64,000 bases of DNA from Eledone cirrhosa (taxonomy: Eukaryota), in NCBI GenBank assembly GCA_964016885.1, contig OZ024743.1:10044001-10108000 (forward strand), given 5' to 3'. The translations under genes and the position numbers were made by a program. Below the pieces are notes generated by a model. That model worked only from the letters and a program-made list of their open reading frames with translations. It was not told the origin of the DNA and ran no database searches. Shown in pieces: positions 13,241 through 36,014 of this stretch. Positions within the stretch are counted from its first letter, which is position 1, and every line of letters starts with the position of its first letter.

Positions 13241-13344
13241 CAACATTGTCAACGACAGAACTGGTTTTCTGGTTGTTACCGTCCACGAACGTTTTTTGCC
13301 ATCTTTTTGGAAAATTTGAAAGTAATATACACATTTTCAAAAGA

Positions 13345-13763
13345 TAAATAAATATGAAATAAATAAATAAAGTTAAAAGCAAAATTAGATAACGAGAAAA
13401 GGGGTAAGGGGTAAGGTAGGGCTGATCTGCTGTATGGGAAAGTAGAGGAAAGGACTATAAAAGCCATAAATGAGAAGAAAAGGAAGGGAAAAGCAAAGAC
13501 TCTAGGGCCACAGAACAGAAGAAAGTGGGGAAGGGGAAAGGTTGATGGACTCTGGGCCTAGGTATGGTGGGTAGGAGGCTGCACCCCGTGGACAACACCA
13601 CAAAAGCATTTCCGCAGACAATGGCTAGCGATACCTGCTACAACAGCCACCCCACCTCGCGGGACTCCTTCCTCAGACAGGCTGCTGATGTTCCGATTTT
13701 GAGGAGGAACACGGTAGTATGCGGTCCGAGTACGCCTGAGGCCGCGACGGTGACCGAACACAT
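13345..13763 (-). mobile_element. 3' fragment of a CRE-like RLE non-LTR retrotransposon
   Basis: Minus frame reads CSVTVAASGVLGPHTTVFLLKIG...ESREVGWLL*QVSLAIVCGNAFVVL, resembling the PxAVETxGxxG...RExxWLxQRxSxAIxRGNAxxVL C-terminus. Followed by a pyrimidine-rich UTR and (TTTA)n tail. Confidence 0.6.
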
Positions 13764-13832
13764 AAACAAATACTATATATATATTATATATATATATTAT
13801 TAAATATCCCTTTGCTTATAAATATCCCTTTG

Positions 13833-13880
<48 letters not shown>

Positions 13881-15724
13881 CTTGTGCGTACACGTGCTTG
13901 TTATTGTATCATTGTCGCTGTGATTTATGAAACTATTTTCTTATAAAGATTATATTTTTATGTTTCTTGTTAATAAAAAAGAGATCACAATACCTCCAAT
14001 TGTAGTGAGACTATATATGGTCACAAGAAGATCAGTATATGACTCCATAATATTTCACGTTCTTCCCTGAAATAGTTTGTTGGTTCTCCAATATATTTTT
14101 AAATGGGCCAAAGCACATAACGTTATTTTATCACATGTTCTCGATGGTATTTTGCAAACCTAAATAATACCGAACTCAGATGTTTGCCTTCTGTTAATGT
14201 TCTTTATATAGCTAAGTACAATTATATCTTATAAATTGCATCAGTTCTATCAACTCTCTCCGTCCGACGGGGAGATCTCCCACCCACTTTGGGGTAGATG
14301 AGAATTACCTCTCAAGCCAATTAAATTTTGCAGGTTTTATTGCTTTGCCCTCAGCACTAGTTTGTGTAGCAGTAAATTAACATAGAAAGAGTCACGTACG
14401 GCATATAATGCCAGATTGTATGAAAGTGTTAAATTCTTTTTCTGTAACACTTTCATAACATTCCACAGATCAGGTAAAAGTAGTGATCACATTTAAAATT
14501 TATTTTCTATTTTTAAGATCTGGTCATCCCCATTGGAACGAGAATGTTTGATTTATATGACAAGTACTAAATCAGAAGCGTTATCAAAATTATTACAGGT
14601 TCTATTCGCAATGCTTTTTTATAATGCACTAAAAGAAAAGATCTTTAAATCTTGGACATCTTTTATTTGTAATTTATAATTAATATCTTTATCTTTTTTT
14701 GTCCCGAGACTATATTTTACCTTAATTGATGGAGGTGAGCACGAACCCGTGTTCTCTTTCGTGTGTCGATGTGCTATTAGAACTAACAATACATGTTTGT
14801 TGCGTGTATATTTGACGTAAAGGGACGCCGTAATCTGTAGCTGTGATTGATGAGTGACTATTTTAGTTAATAATGTTCATAGTGTACAAGCTGCGGTGAT
14901 ATTCACCAACAAGAAAGTATAATGAATTATTTAACAGACCTTTTGATCAGGAACATCTGAAAAATCAATTATATAGAGAGAGAGAGCTAACATTAAAACA
15001 TGTTTATAAGATATCAGCCATACTGTCTTGTATTCCTTTTAGCATTATTCTTCAATAATGTATTCTTTTTAATATTATTAAACATATTTACGTGTATATT
15101 GGTGAGGACTGCACGTGAGTTTATTTGTATTCGTGTGATTATTATATATGCAAAGAAGATTGCTATAATATTCCATTTTACCCAGCCAGTAAGTATATGT
15201 CGCTCATTCGACTGGTGCGTCTATTTGAATTCTTAATGTGAAACCAGCATTATTCGCTATTGCTGGATGACATAATGGAGGCTTCTATCCTTGGGCTATT
15301 TAGGTTATATCTTTGAGGGGGATACTGAACTCGTCCAACTGTAATCTACTAAAGTTGTATCATTCAGCAAGATGCTGAAATTTTCTAGCCCTAGGTGTCA
15401 TTAGCTCAATGTCATAACATCCGTCTCCCTATATAATTGCAATTGATGCTTGCAGTATTAAATTGTAATCCTGCTAATGATATATTCACATTTCCTTCTC
15501 TTGTAGATAATTAAGCTTAAACACTGCTGGCAGTTTTCAACTATCGGATAATATATGCTGTTGTTTCCATATACTCTCCCATTAAGAATAGTTCAATTAT
15601 CTTTTAAAATACGCTGTGCACGTTGTTGAATATTTACATTTGAAATTAAGGGAGTCTGTGTGATTGTGTGTCAGTGGGTGTGTATAAATAAATGAGTAAT
15701 ATAGTCTGTAATGATATAATTAGT

Positions 15725-15925
15725 ATATCATCATCAACAGTATTTTTACGTTCGTTTTCCACGCTGTTATCAGCTGGACAGATTGTCACATTTTGAGGCT
15801 AGACCGCTTAGCTGACCACGTCTAGCTCATGCTGTCTATATGTGGTATAGTTTCAACAGCTAGATGCCCTTAACAATACAAATCTCTTTGCAGAGTGTAT
15901 TGGGTGAGATTTTTCATGGTATCAG
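15725..15925 (-). mobile_element. Old fragment of SINE family B 3' part
   Basis: Degenerate match to acgtccgcttttcc...acagctggatgcccttcctaacacc seen at 51950, 60900 and 61310. Confidence 0.5.
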
Positions 15926-16036
15926 CACTTTCATTTGACAGAGAAACTGTGTGCGTTTTATTGTAGCACCCGTAATTCCACTTTACAGAGTAGACTAGGA
16001 GCAGCAATAAGGAGATTGTCTCAAAATCATATGGTC

Positions 16037-16125
16037 CAGTGGTTCCCAGCCTTTTTTCATCTATGGGCCCCTTTAATTCCTATTTTGCAGAGATAGACCC
16101 CCATAGTCATTCGATGTTTAAATAT
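16037..16125 (+). mobile_element. hAT/Charlie-like MITE terminus fragment
   Basis: CAGTGGTTCCCAGCCTTTTT...GGGCCCC resembles Charlie/MER5-type TIR starts. Confidence 0.4.
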
Positions 16126-16711
16126 TAACAGGAATTATATGATATCATATGATATCGGTTGGAACCGTAGGGTGCCGTATATGATGTTTCTTGGGTATTT
16201 TAAGTCTGGTGTAGCCCATCCCGCTCCAGTTCTAGACAGACTGAGAGAAAGTGCAAAAGAGATATAGAGGAAAAATCGATCACAGTGCTGGACTGGTACT
16301 TTTTTATCGACTTCTAAAGGATGAAATGTAAAGTGAACGCAGAAGTGAACGTTGACAGCAAGTGAGAAAATCTCTAGCAAATACGATATTTACTTTCTGT
16401 CCACCTTACTACCCGTCTGTGACCACTATGTCATGTATTAATTTCTCCCTCTACCACTTGAGTTATTTTCACTTGCTTCAAAAGAAATAGTCCTTTTTCT
16501 TGACCGATGTATCACGTGTTAATTCCTCCCTCCGCCTATAGAGATTGTCTCACTTGCTGCAAACGCGTCGGGGAACAGTCCTTTCTCCTGGGGTGTCTCT
16601 TAAGAAGTCGATTTTCCTCACAACGATGATGCATTTTTATAATGTACAGTTGTACACGGATCGGCGAAAATGCAGTCGGGACTTTGAAGAAAAAATAGGT
16701 ATATTTTTCTC

Positions 16712-16900
16712 TATTATTGGCAGTATCGGTAGAGGGTTGGACGCTATGCTTTGCAGCAAAGAGTTACGGCCCTTTATGGTCTGAGTTCAAATCCCCCGAG
16801 GTTAACTTTGCCTTTCATCCTTACGGGGTCGATAAAATAAAGTACCAGTGGTGCACTGGGATAATTGCTGGCCTTGTGCCAAAAGTAGAAACAATTATTT
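16712..16900 (+). mobile_element. Full SINE family A copy
   Basis: A box TGGCAGTATCGG, B box GAGTTCAAATCC, body gcctttcatcc...gtcgataaaataaagtacc, AT-rich tail. Confidence 0.85.
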
Positions 16901-17053
16901 CTTCATATTTTATAATTTGATAAATAGCTCTGATTATCGAGTTATTTTAATTATTTTAATTATTTTAGCTCTTTCGGTCATCGAGAAAAACTGGTTAAGA
17001 CGGACATCACACACACACACATATGAATATATATATGTGTGTGTGTGTGTATT

Positions 17054-17056
<3 letters not shown>

Positions 17057-17088
<32 letters not shown>

Positions 17089-18890
17089 GCATTTATCTTG
17101 CTTTATGTTCATATGAATTATCACCAAGTCACAACCAGTGACCTCAAGAGACAACAAGGTCCGCCATGTTCAAGAAAGAACACACATACACACACACATG
17201 CATCGTTAGGTGTTTAGACTTGTGATGTACTTATATTGACAGAATCTTCCTTAGTATATGGGCAGTTCCCATTAGTACTATCTTTTGAATTTCTTCTATA
17301 CGCGGGTTTCCTGGGATTTGGGATAAGTAATCATTAGACCCCTTAGGTATCATTCCTAGAGCGCCTACAACCACTGGAATTGTTTTAGTTCTTAACTTCC
17401 ACATTTTTCCAATTTCTATCTCCAATTGCTCAAATTTTCAAATGTTTTTATATATACATTCTTGTCTATTGGAACGGACATATCAATTAGCAGGCATACC
17501 CTCTTTTTAAAGTCCTTCAGTATTATATCAGGTCTATTTGCATCTATTTTTCGGTCTGTTTGGGTGCTAAAGTTCCACAAGATCGAGATGTGATCTTTTT
17601 TAAGTACGGGAGGTGGTTGATGCTCCCACCAATTCTTTTGATGGTGCAGGTCAAAATGCTTACACATTATCCAATGTATGTATTGTGCAGCTCTGTCGTG
17701 CCTGTTTAGGTATTCGGTTGGAGCTATAGGACTGCACATTGAAATTATATGGTCAATGGTCTCTGGTTGTTTTTTACATACACGGCATAATGGGTGCATC
17801 CATTTTTTATTATGTTGGCTTGATAATTTTTTGTTGGCAGACACTAATCTTGTGCTGATATAATCAGTCCTTCAGTCTCCGATTTCAGTCCAGAGGATGC
17901 CAACCACTGTTGGGTTAAAGTTTTGTCAACATCAGGATTGTTAGCTCTTTCTGGGTATTTTCCATACAGAGGCTTTTCTTGCCATTTCTTAGCCAGTTTC
18001 TATAGCAGTTCTTTCTTTGCAGTTACTTTTACCTGCTTTGCTTTTTCTGTGTTTTTCATTTCAGCAGTAAATGGGACTTCTGAAATGTGTAGTTTATTAC
18101 TGTATCTTTGTGCATCTTTTGTAATGGAGTATGATCTTTTGATGCTTTCATATTTCAAAACGAGTTTGATCATCCAATCATGTTCCTCCCTTAGATATGT
18201 AGATAATCCAATTGTTGCAGTTTTCAACGCAATGTCTAACTGGATTAACCCATGTCCTCCTTCTTTCCTAGGGAGATATATTCTATTTGTATCTGCCTTA
18301 GGGTGATGCACTCTGTGCATGGTTAAGAATTTTCTAATTTTTGTATCGAGCCTACGGATCTCTGTGCTTGAACAGATGATGACATTGAAACTGTAGGTTA
18401 CTACTGGTATGGGAAGCGCGTTTATGGTATCGATCCTATTCCTTGCATTCAACTCCGTTCTTAAGATTGCTCTTACTCTGCGGTAACACTCCTTCCTTAT
18501 CCTTTCCCTCATTGTCGAGTGCTTGATTCCGTCTCCTTCACAAACACCTAAATATTTGTAAGTTTCCTCTTGATCAAGTTCTCTTATCACATTCCTCCGA
18601 TCAAGATTAATGTCTGAACTTTTCAGCAGCTTTCCTCTGGTGAATGTGGCTTTGGCGCATTTCTCTTGTCCAAACTCCATTTTAATATCATCACTGAACT
18701 GCTTCACAGTGGATAATAAACCCTTGCAATTGCTCATCATGTTTTGCAAATAGTTTCAGGTCTTCCATGTAGAACAATGGTTTTGTCATAGACTTTATAT
18801 CCATTGAGCATTTTACTTAATGGTATAAGTGCGATGCACAATAAAAGCGGTGATAAAGAGTCACCCTGAAAAATTCCACAATTAATATTA
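17057..18890 (-). mobile_element. 5'-truncated, disrupted R4/Dong-like non-LTR retrotransposon (RT C-terminal half, CCHC, restriction-like endonuclease) ending in (TAA)n
   Basis: GIFQGDSLSPLL, LFYMEDLKLFA, YKYLG, RIYLPRKEGGHGL, CRVCKKQPETIDHIISMC, RHD, NRPDII...LIDMSVP, IPVVVGALG. The 3' end runs into (TAA)n at 17057-17089. Confidence 0.85.
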
Positions 18891-18892
18891 TT

Positions 18893-19656
18893 CAATTTCC
18901 AGAAATCCCTGGCCTGGCAGTGCTACCGGGGAGCGTTGCCGGTTCGGGATAAGCTCTACAGACACGGAGGTACCGTCAGCCGAGATTGTCCGAGATGCGC
19001 GCAGGACGACGAAATTGTCCTGCACGCACTTGTTCAGTGCCCAAGAATTGCTGACTTGTGGAGCTATGTCAAACAGTTGCTGTCGCGTATAGGACGGATC
19101 CGGTTATCAACTGAGTCCATTGTGCAGATAGCCCCGCCATCCTCCTTTAAAGAGGAGGAAGGACAAGCAATCTTCATCTGCCTGGTGGCCATGACGAAAG
19201 AGATTGTGTGGTGGACAAGGTTGAAAGGGTTGAACACGGACATTTTCCTCTCCGGCCAATCCTGATTAACTTTTTCAAGTTCCACTTGAAGAGGAAAATC
19301 AGGGTAGAAAGGCAAGTGCTATCTTCTATTAAGTTTGTTGAAAGGTGGGTGAAAGTGACGAATCTGGTCCGAGTGAACGGGACCACTCTGAATATGCGCA
19401 TGTAGACTGAGGAGTGGGAAAACTGAGAGAGGGCGCTTACCCTGGTGGTCAGGGTGGCCGTGGTCTTTGGGGGTGTTCGCCATGAGTGACCCTCAGAAGC
19501 TTCCCCCTTACTTGGGAATTTTTGTTATTTGAATTTTATTTATTTTACACTTTTGTCTTTTATAACCTTTTTACACGGCCAAAACCCACTTTGTATCGTC
19601 CTGTGCCGTCTGTAATGTTTTTCTTCATGTTAGCCCTTGTGGCCAATAAAAAAAGC
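18893..19656 (+). mobile_element. 3' fragment of a Tx1/L1-like LINE (zf-RVT CCHC domain, 3' UTR, AATAAA/poly-A)
   Basis: LAWQCYRGALPVRDKL...CPRCAQDDEIVLHALVQCPRIADLW, then aataaaaaaa at about 19645. Confidence 0.8.
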
Positions 19657-19905
19657 ATTATTATTATTATTATTATTATTATTAGTATTGGCGACCTACG
19701 TAGTAAATCGTATCATCGTGAGCTCCGCAAAGGTTTGTTGTTTTCAGTTGATTAAAATTGCCATTTATGGAAAATTTTTATTGTTAACTGTATATAGGTG
19801 CACATACATTGTTTTCTGAAAAGGACACTCAAAAAGATTGGGGCCTTGAGCCCAAAATTTAAACTTTTATAATTATCAAACAAAAAAATTTATTTGAAAA
19901 AAATC

Positions 19906-21323
19906 ATGTATGACTCACAGTCACACCTTCCTCACAAACTAACACCTCACACCGACACCACCATTGTAAATATTACTACGTTTGGCAACACTAAAAATAT
20001 AAGCAGTAGCAATATTTTAAATTTGTCTCAGGCAGACATTCATTTCCCGCCATTACCATTGACTGCAGGTGTTGAAGCCACCACCCCCACCACCACCACA
20101 GCGACAACAGAAACAAAAGAAAAAAACAAATTATCTCGTGATATCGAAATAAATTCACCCAGAATGAACTCTTCCACACCGACAACCACTGACGCCACCA
20201 CCACCACAACTGAAACTAAAATTAACAATAACAAAAATAACAACAGCAACAATGAAAATAAGAAAACCACCCTGTGTTTTGCCAGAGTAGCAAAAAAGTA
20301 CGAAGCAATCCAAGTAACTCAGCAGGAATTAGAAGAAGCCAAAAGAATGGTAAAGAAAGATGGGTACAGGGTCAGCCCCCCCCCCCCACACACACACCTA
20401 ATAAAATGGAGCATCGGCGCCTATGCACCGTGTCTTATCGGACGATTAACATAAAATCGCGCCGAGTGGAACGGGCATCCGAGTCCCAAATCCAAAAAGC
20501 TTTGGGACATGTGTGGGCAATGAAAACCCACATCAGACGTGGGCAGAAATATGGAACCGTGGACGTGTTCTTTGAAACACCACAGGAGGCCAGAGAACAC
20601 TCCATGGCCCCATTAAGAAGTGATGACTTCACACTCGTCCCAAACTATTGTTGCCAGAGTCTCGTGAAGATCAGGGTGACACACGTTCCACCGGCCATCG
20701 AAATTCCCTGGCTAATGGCTTCCGTCCTCGCCGGCATCGAAGCCAACACCAATATAATCGAAATAGCGAAAGAAAAGCAGGAGAACTGGTCCGGAGCTGG
20801 GATGGAGCTCCTGATCCAAGCGGACCAAACAAGCATTGAGGAGATCCCAGAGGTAATAGACCTCACTGACGGCAGCCACCTCACCGTAATCGTCGAGGGC
20901 AGAAGGCCTAGTTATGTCGTTTGTGGTGAAGGAACCCACCTAAGGGCTTTCTGCCTTCAAGCTAAAAGGTTGAGGCCACCTCTCTTACCCACCCCAGTGA
21001 CTCAACAATCAACACCACCAGCAGCAGAAATGGTAGCAACAACAGAAGCAACTGTAACAGCAACAACCCCAGCAACAGTAGCAAAACCAAAACCACCACC
21101 ACCCAACGCACCAGAACTAGCACCAACGCCTATACCATCCACCACGCCACAACCAAAACCAACGCCTGTGGAGGATTTTCCACTCCCCGACCTATCGCAA
21201 TTGGAGATAGATTGTGACGACGACGAGTGGGAAACGGTATCAGGAAAAAAGAAAAAGAAACCAAAAAAGAAAAAATCCCCTTCTTTCCCCCTCCAAAAAC
21301 AAAATACAGAAGGAAACAAATAA
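19906..21323 (+). pseudogene. ORF1 (gag-like) of a Tx1/L1-like element, frameshifted at the poly-C near 20380; no ORF2 follows
   Basis: Two overlapping ORFs join at the C run. RRM-like segments (GTVDVFFETPQEA; KIRVTHVPP) and a degenerate knuckle VEGRRPSYVVCGEGTHLRAFC, followed by a P/T-rich tail and WETVSGKKKK. Confidence 0.7.
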
Positions 21324-21649
21324 ACTATCAAACAAAAATGTTAGGACAGCTACGCCACCATCCACACCAGCATCACCAACCCCATCACCACAAACGCCAA
21401 CACCATCACCATCATTAACTCCAACACCACCAACACCACAAAAGTAACCAAAAAGCGAAAAAGAAACAAACCCACAACAAAAACAAACCAAACAACCAAA
21501 ACGATACACACTACACAGCAATAAATTTGAACAACAACCAATTATTACACTACATCCAACACAACACCAGCATCACAGAAAAATACTACACAACAACCCA
21601 AAAGTTCACACCGCCTCCACACATACAAATCACTCGCATCACACAGAAA

Positions 21650-21866
21650 ATATTTATATATATATATATACATATATATTTATATATATATACATATATA
21701 TTTATATATATATACATATATATTTATATATATATACATATATATATATATGCATATATATATATACATATAAATGCATATATATACATATAAATACATA
21801 TATATATATATACATATAAATACATATATATATACATAAATATATATATATACATATTCATATATG

Positions 21867-21902
<36 letters not shown>

Positions 21903-21960
21903 CATAATATATACATATATATATATGTATATATATGTATATATATATATATATATTTTT
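21650..21960. repeat. (TA)n/(TACA) microsatellite
   Basis: Direct reading. Confidence 0.95.
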
Positions 21961-23014
21961 TATATTTTGTTTTTGTTTCTGATATTTTTTATTAATATAT
22001 TGAAATCTGTTCTCTATTTCTGCTTGATAGATAATCATGTAGAGTAAAGACAAGAATAGTATTGTTAAAATTAATATAGACTCTATATATATGTGTATAT
22101 ATACACATATATGTATACTTAAATTTTTATAGCACAATGAGAATGTTCTCCGTGTGAAATAGGGGTTTGCAGAGTTGATCACGTAAATTCACATCGATGT
22201 TTGTAGTTATCATATAAACATATGAATTTTTAAAACTAGACATAAGATCATTACTTTTCACACATTATGGATACGTGTCTCATTCAGGAATACTGATATT
22301 TACATTATAGTGCCTGGTTTTTATACGAACTAATATTTCTACATTAAAACATAGGTTTTTTAAATTCTGTCTCGCCTATGTCTGGTTACTTTTCATTTTT
22401 CTCTCTATATAAACGGCTGGTTTCTTTCCTAACCACATATATCTCCCTTACATTAATACTAGAGCTAAATAAATAAATAAATAAGTAAATAAATGTATCA
22501 TTGATACGTTCATTCAACGGATGTTCAACTACCTACTTTTCTCTATATATATCTATCACTATCTATTTCCTCTCTCTATATATATCTCTCTCTGTTTCTT
22601 TACATGAAGTTCTTCCCTTTATCTATCTTTCCATCTCTCTATTTTGTTACATGCATTTCTTCTTTTTCTTCTTTTTCTTCGTTTTCTTTCTTTCTTTCCT
22701 TCTTTCTTTCTTTCTTTCTTTCTGTTTACAATTTTTCACTGCCAAATCAACTTTTTCAAATACAAGTCGATGTTGAACGGTATGTCAAATCTATTTATCT
22801 ATAAAAACTGTCTATATTGTGTTTTGTCTGAGGAAGGCATAACATATTGTTAATATGATATCCCTGAAATATATATAATGAAATAAATATGGTTTTATAA
22901 ATATAGTTTCCATTTATTTAATATCGTAAATATACTCCAAATACTTGTTGAGTGCTTTTATATCAGTTATAAATATTTACTAGTTGTAACCCAACAATTT
23001 AAATATAACTTTCC

Positions 23015-32538
<9,524 letters not shown>

Positions 32539-32539
32539 T

Positions 32540-35238
32540 AACAGGAAACTTCTTCCTCTTTTTTAGCCATAATGAATCTGGCAAAAGAACTGGAAAAAAA
32601 CATTCGAGCTTTCACCCAGCACCACCCTCCACTATCACCCCACTGCACAAACTCCCATTGCTGCCATTAACAAACAAACAAATTAACAACACACCAAAAC
32701 AATTAAAACCATCCACTCTCGCCTCTACATTTTTGCTTAACGCCCAAGGCATCAGCCCTTCCACCAATACTCAAAAATGGAAGATCAAATTCCTGGAGGA
32801 CTGGATTGATGTCCATCCAAACCACATCCCTTTCTTCGTCCTCACTGAAACCCATCTCAGTAACCTCCACTTGGAAGCCGAGGTGAAAGTGAAAAATTTC
32901 AAAGCCATCCGTGCTGATCGCGCTGGCAGAAGAAAGGGCGGGACTGCCATTTATGTCCATAATTCTTTCTCAACAGAGGCTATGAACATATTCACTAATG
33001 GATACTGCGAAGCAGTCACTGTATTCAGTCAAACCAACAACCTAATAGTAGTTGGGCTCTATAGGCCACCCCAAACGCCTGTACCATGCTTCAAGGAATG
33101 CCTCAACAGCATAAAGTGTTTCATCCAAGAGTGTCACCCTGACAACATCTTAATGATGGGGGACTTCAACCTCCCCGGAGTTGACTGGTCCACAAACAGC
33201 CTGCCACCAGGTTCTTCTGCCTCAACCTCTGACAGGGAAGCAGTGGAATCGCTTCTTGACTTCATGGATGATTTCTTCCTATCCCAACTGGTGCTCGAAC
33301 CAACGAGGTGCCACAAAAACGTCCTAGACTTAATTTTCAGCAATCACACTGACAATATCCACAATATTGCAGTGGAGAAAACTCTACTCTCTGATCATGA
33401 CATGGTTCTCTGTGATCTGAGATTCCACCGTCCAATATACAAACCCAATGTCATCTCTCCTGTCCATCCGTTTGACGCTATGGATTTCCACAATGCAAAC
33501 TGGGAAGCGATCAGTCATGATCTTGCACATGTCGACAGGTCCTTCACGCACACTCATACACCCACTAACATCAAAAAGTCCTGGCAGACATTTGTGGACA
33601 CTGTTACAAACATATGTGCTAAACACACCCCATTAAGAACTATAAACAAATCTAAGAGCAGAATCCCTAGAAATAGAAAAACGCTCATCAGAAAAATTAA
33701 GAGAACGAACAAAAAAATCAACAAGCTGAAATACTGTCAGCAGCAACACATCAACTTGACTGCCATTTCATCACTAGAGATTAAAAAACATAACCTCCAA
33801 AACAACATAATGTCCCTCATCAACAATCAGAGAAGAGCTGAAGAGGCCTGGGCCATTGAGAAGATCAAACTCAATCCCAAAGTGTTCTTTTCATTTGCAA
33901 AAAAACACAAAATCACTGGCTCTACTGTTGGCCCTCTAATTGATGAAAATGGCACTCTTCAAGACAATGCTAAAACCATGGGTGAGATACTGCAGAAACA
34001 ATACTGCTCTGTTTTCAGCAATCCTGATATGGCCGATCTGGGCTGTATCGGCGATGTTACTCCCCATTACACCTTATCGGACATAACGTTTGGCGCCCCT
34101 GATGTCTTGGCGGCAATAAAGGAAATCAAGCATAATTCAGCAGTAGGTCCCGATAGGTTCCCTGCTTGTGTCTTGAAGGCGTGTCAACACCAACTTGCAT
34201 CTCCTCTTGCCAATCTGTGGCGGAACTCACTGGATGCTGGATATGTGCCAGAAAACCTTCTATCCCAGTCTGTTGTCCCAGTTTTCAAAAAGGGAAACAA
34301 ATCCCTTGCCGTGAATTACCGTCCAATCTCACTCACCTCTCATATCATTAAGGTATTTGAGCGAGTGGTGAGATCGCGAATGACCCACTTCCTTGAGAGT
34401 AACAATATGCTGAACTCCAACCAGCATGGATTCCGTAATGGAAGGGATTGCCTGACGCAGCTACTGCATCACTTTGATGACATTTTGAGAGCCTTGGGAG
34501 AGGGTTCCAACACTGATGTTATCTACCTTGATTTCAGCAAGGCCTTTGACAGGGTTGATCATAACATTCTACTGAGAAAGCTGTCCAATATTGGTGTCAC
34601 TGGAAAGCTGCTGCAGTGGATCAAGAGCTTCCTGTCAAACAGAACCCAACATGTTGTAGTTGAGGGAGTCAAATCAAGCCCAGCCAAAGTCAGTAGTGGG
34701 GTCCCACAAGGCACTGTGTTGGGCCCACTTCTCTTCATCATCTATATTAATGACATCACTGACATCATCAAACACAGCAACATTAAAATTTTCGCTGATG
34801 ATTCCAAGCTCCAAAAGGTCATCAATGGCGTGGATGACCGGATAAGCCTTCAGTCAGACCTACTGGCTGTTACCCAATGGGCAGAAAAGAACAACATGTT
34901 ACTGAACGAAGACAAATTCGAACTGATCCACTTTGGAAAAGAGGATGCTCTGAAACTCCCGTACTCCCTTCCCTCCGGGGAAACTCTCGTGGCATCTAAC
35001 AACATCAGAGACTTGGGAGTAACCGTGGACAGCAACATAAGCTGGACCACGCATATAAGCAGCAAAGTTGACATGGCCCGCAGAATGTGTTCCTGGATCC
35101 TCAGAACCTTCCAGTCGAGAGATTCCCGCACCATTATCCTTCTCTTCTCTACTTTCGCCCGACCACACCTTGAATACTGTTGTCCACTGTGGTCTCCCCA
35201 CACGAAACAAAGTATCATGAAACTTGAAGCTCCTCAAA
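32540..35238 (+). mobile_element. CR1-like LINE ORF2 (APE endonuclease + reverse transcriptase), uninterrupted up to the assembly gap
   Basis: LTETHL, LYRPP, MGDFNLP, LDLIF, SDH; then [65 protein letters not shown]. No stop codon over about 900 codons. Confidence 0.93.
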
Positions 35239-35438
35239 NNNNNNNNNNNNNNNNNNNNNNNNNNNNNNNNNNNNNNNNNNNNNNNNNNNNNNNNNNNNNN
35301 NNNNNNNNNNNNNNNNNNNNNNNNNNNNNNNNNNNNNNNNNNNNNNNNNNNNNNNNNNNNNNNNNNNNNNNNNNNNNNNNNNNNNNNNNNNNNNNNNNNN
35401 NNNNNNNNNNNNNNNNNNNNNNNNNNNNNNNNNNNNNN
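35239..35438. other. Assembly gap (200 N)
   Basis: Run of N. Confidence 1.
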
Positions 35439-35649
35439 GTGGACTCTTATAAGTCCTGAAGCCAAAGTTATTAAATGGAGTTTTATCCCGGGGGTTAATC
35501 CTATTCATATTACTATCAAAATGGAATGCACGCCATCTAATCCGTTTTACGAAAGAGTTAACGCTAGCAATCAAGAGTTTTTCATAAGTATTTCTAGAGG
35601 GGATGGGAATATTCTTCAGAGATAAAGGCAAGTAGCTCTTTGTTAGCAT
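35439..35649 (-). mobile_element. N-terminal fragment of a Penelope-like (Naiad-like) ORF, running into the gap
   Basis: SLKNIPIPSRNTYEKLLIASVNSFVKRIRWRAFHF...FGFRTYKSP resembles the KNIPxP...RMRWKA...GFK N-terminal motif of PLE ORFs. Confidence 0.7.
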
Positions 35650-35782
35650 ACTGTCAGATGTATATAAAGGCTCTGTCAGATGTATTTTTCGGCTCTGTTG
35701 GATAACATTGAGCTACATCTTATACTGTCATTTCTCTAATACGACGAGTGTGTTTAACTCTAATGCACTCAAGTATTTTTAT

Positions 35783-35832
<50 letters not shown>

Positions 35833-35850
35833 TGTATATATACATATATT

Positions 35851-35900
<50 letters not shown>

Positions 35901-35924
35901 CATATATGTATATATACATATATT

Positions 35925-35968
<44 letters not shown>

Positions 35969-36014
35969 TGTATATATACATATATTTATATATATACATA
36001 TATATATATATACA

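Noticed and set aside
35215-35649. ORFs spanning the N run, suggesting a CR1-PLE fusion
   Set aside because: Artefact of translating through the assembly gap; the two sides are different elements on opposite strands.
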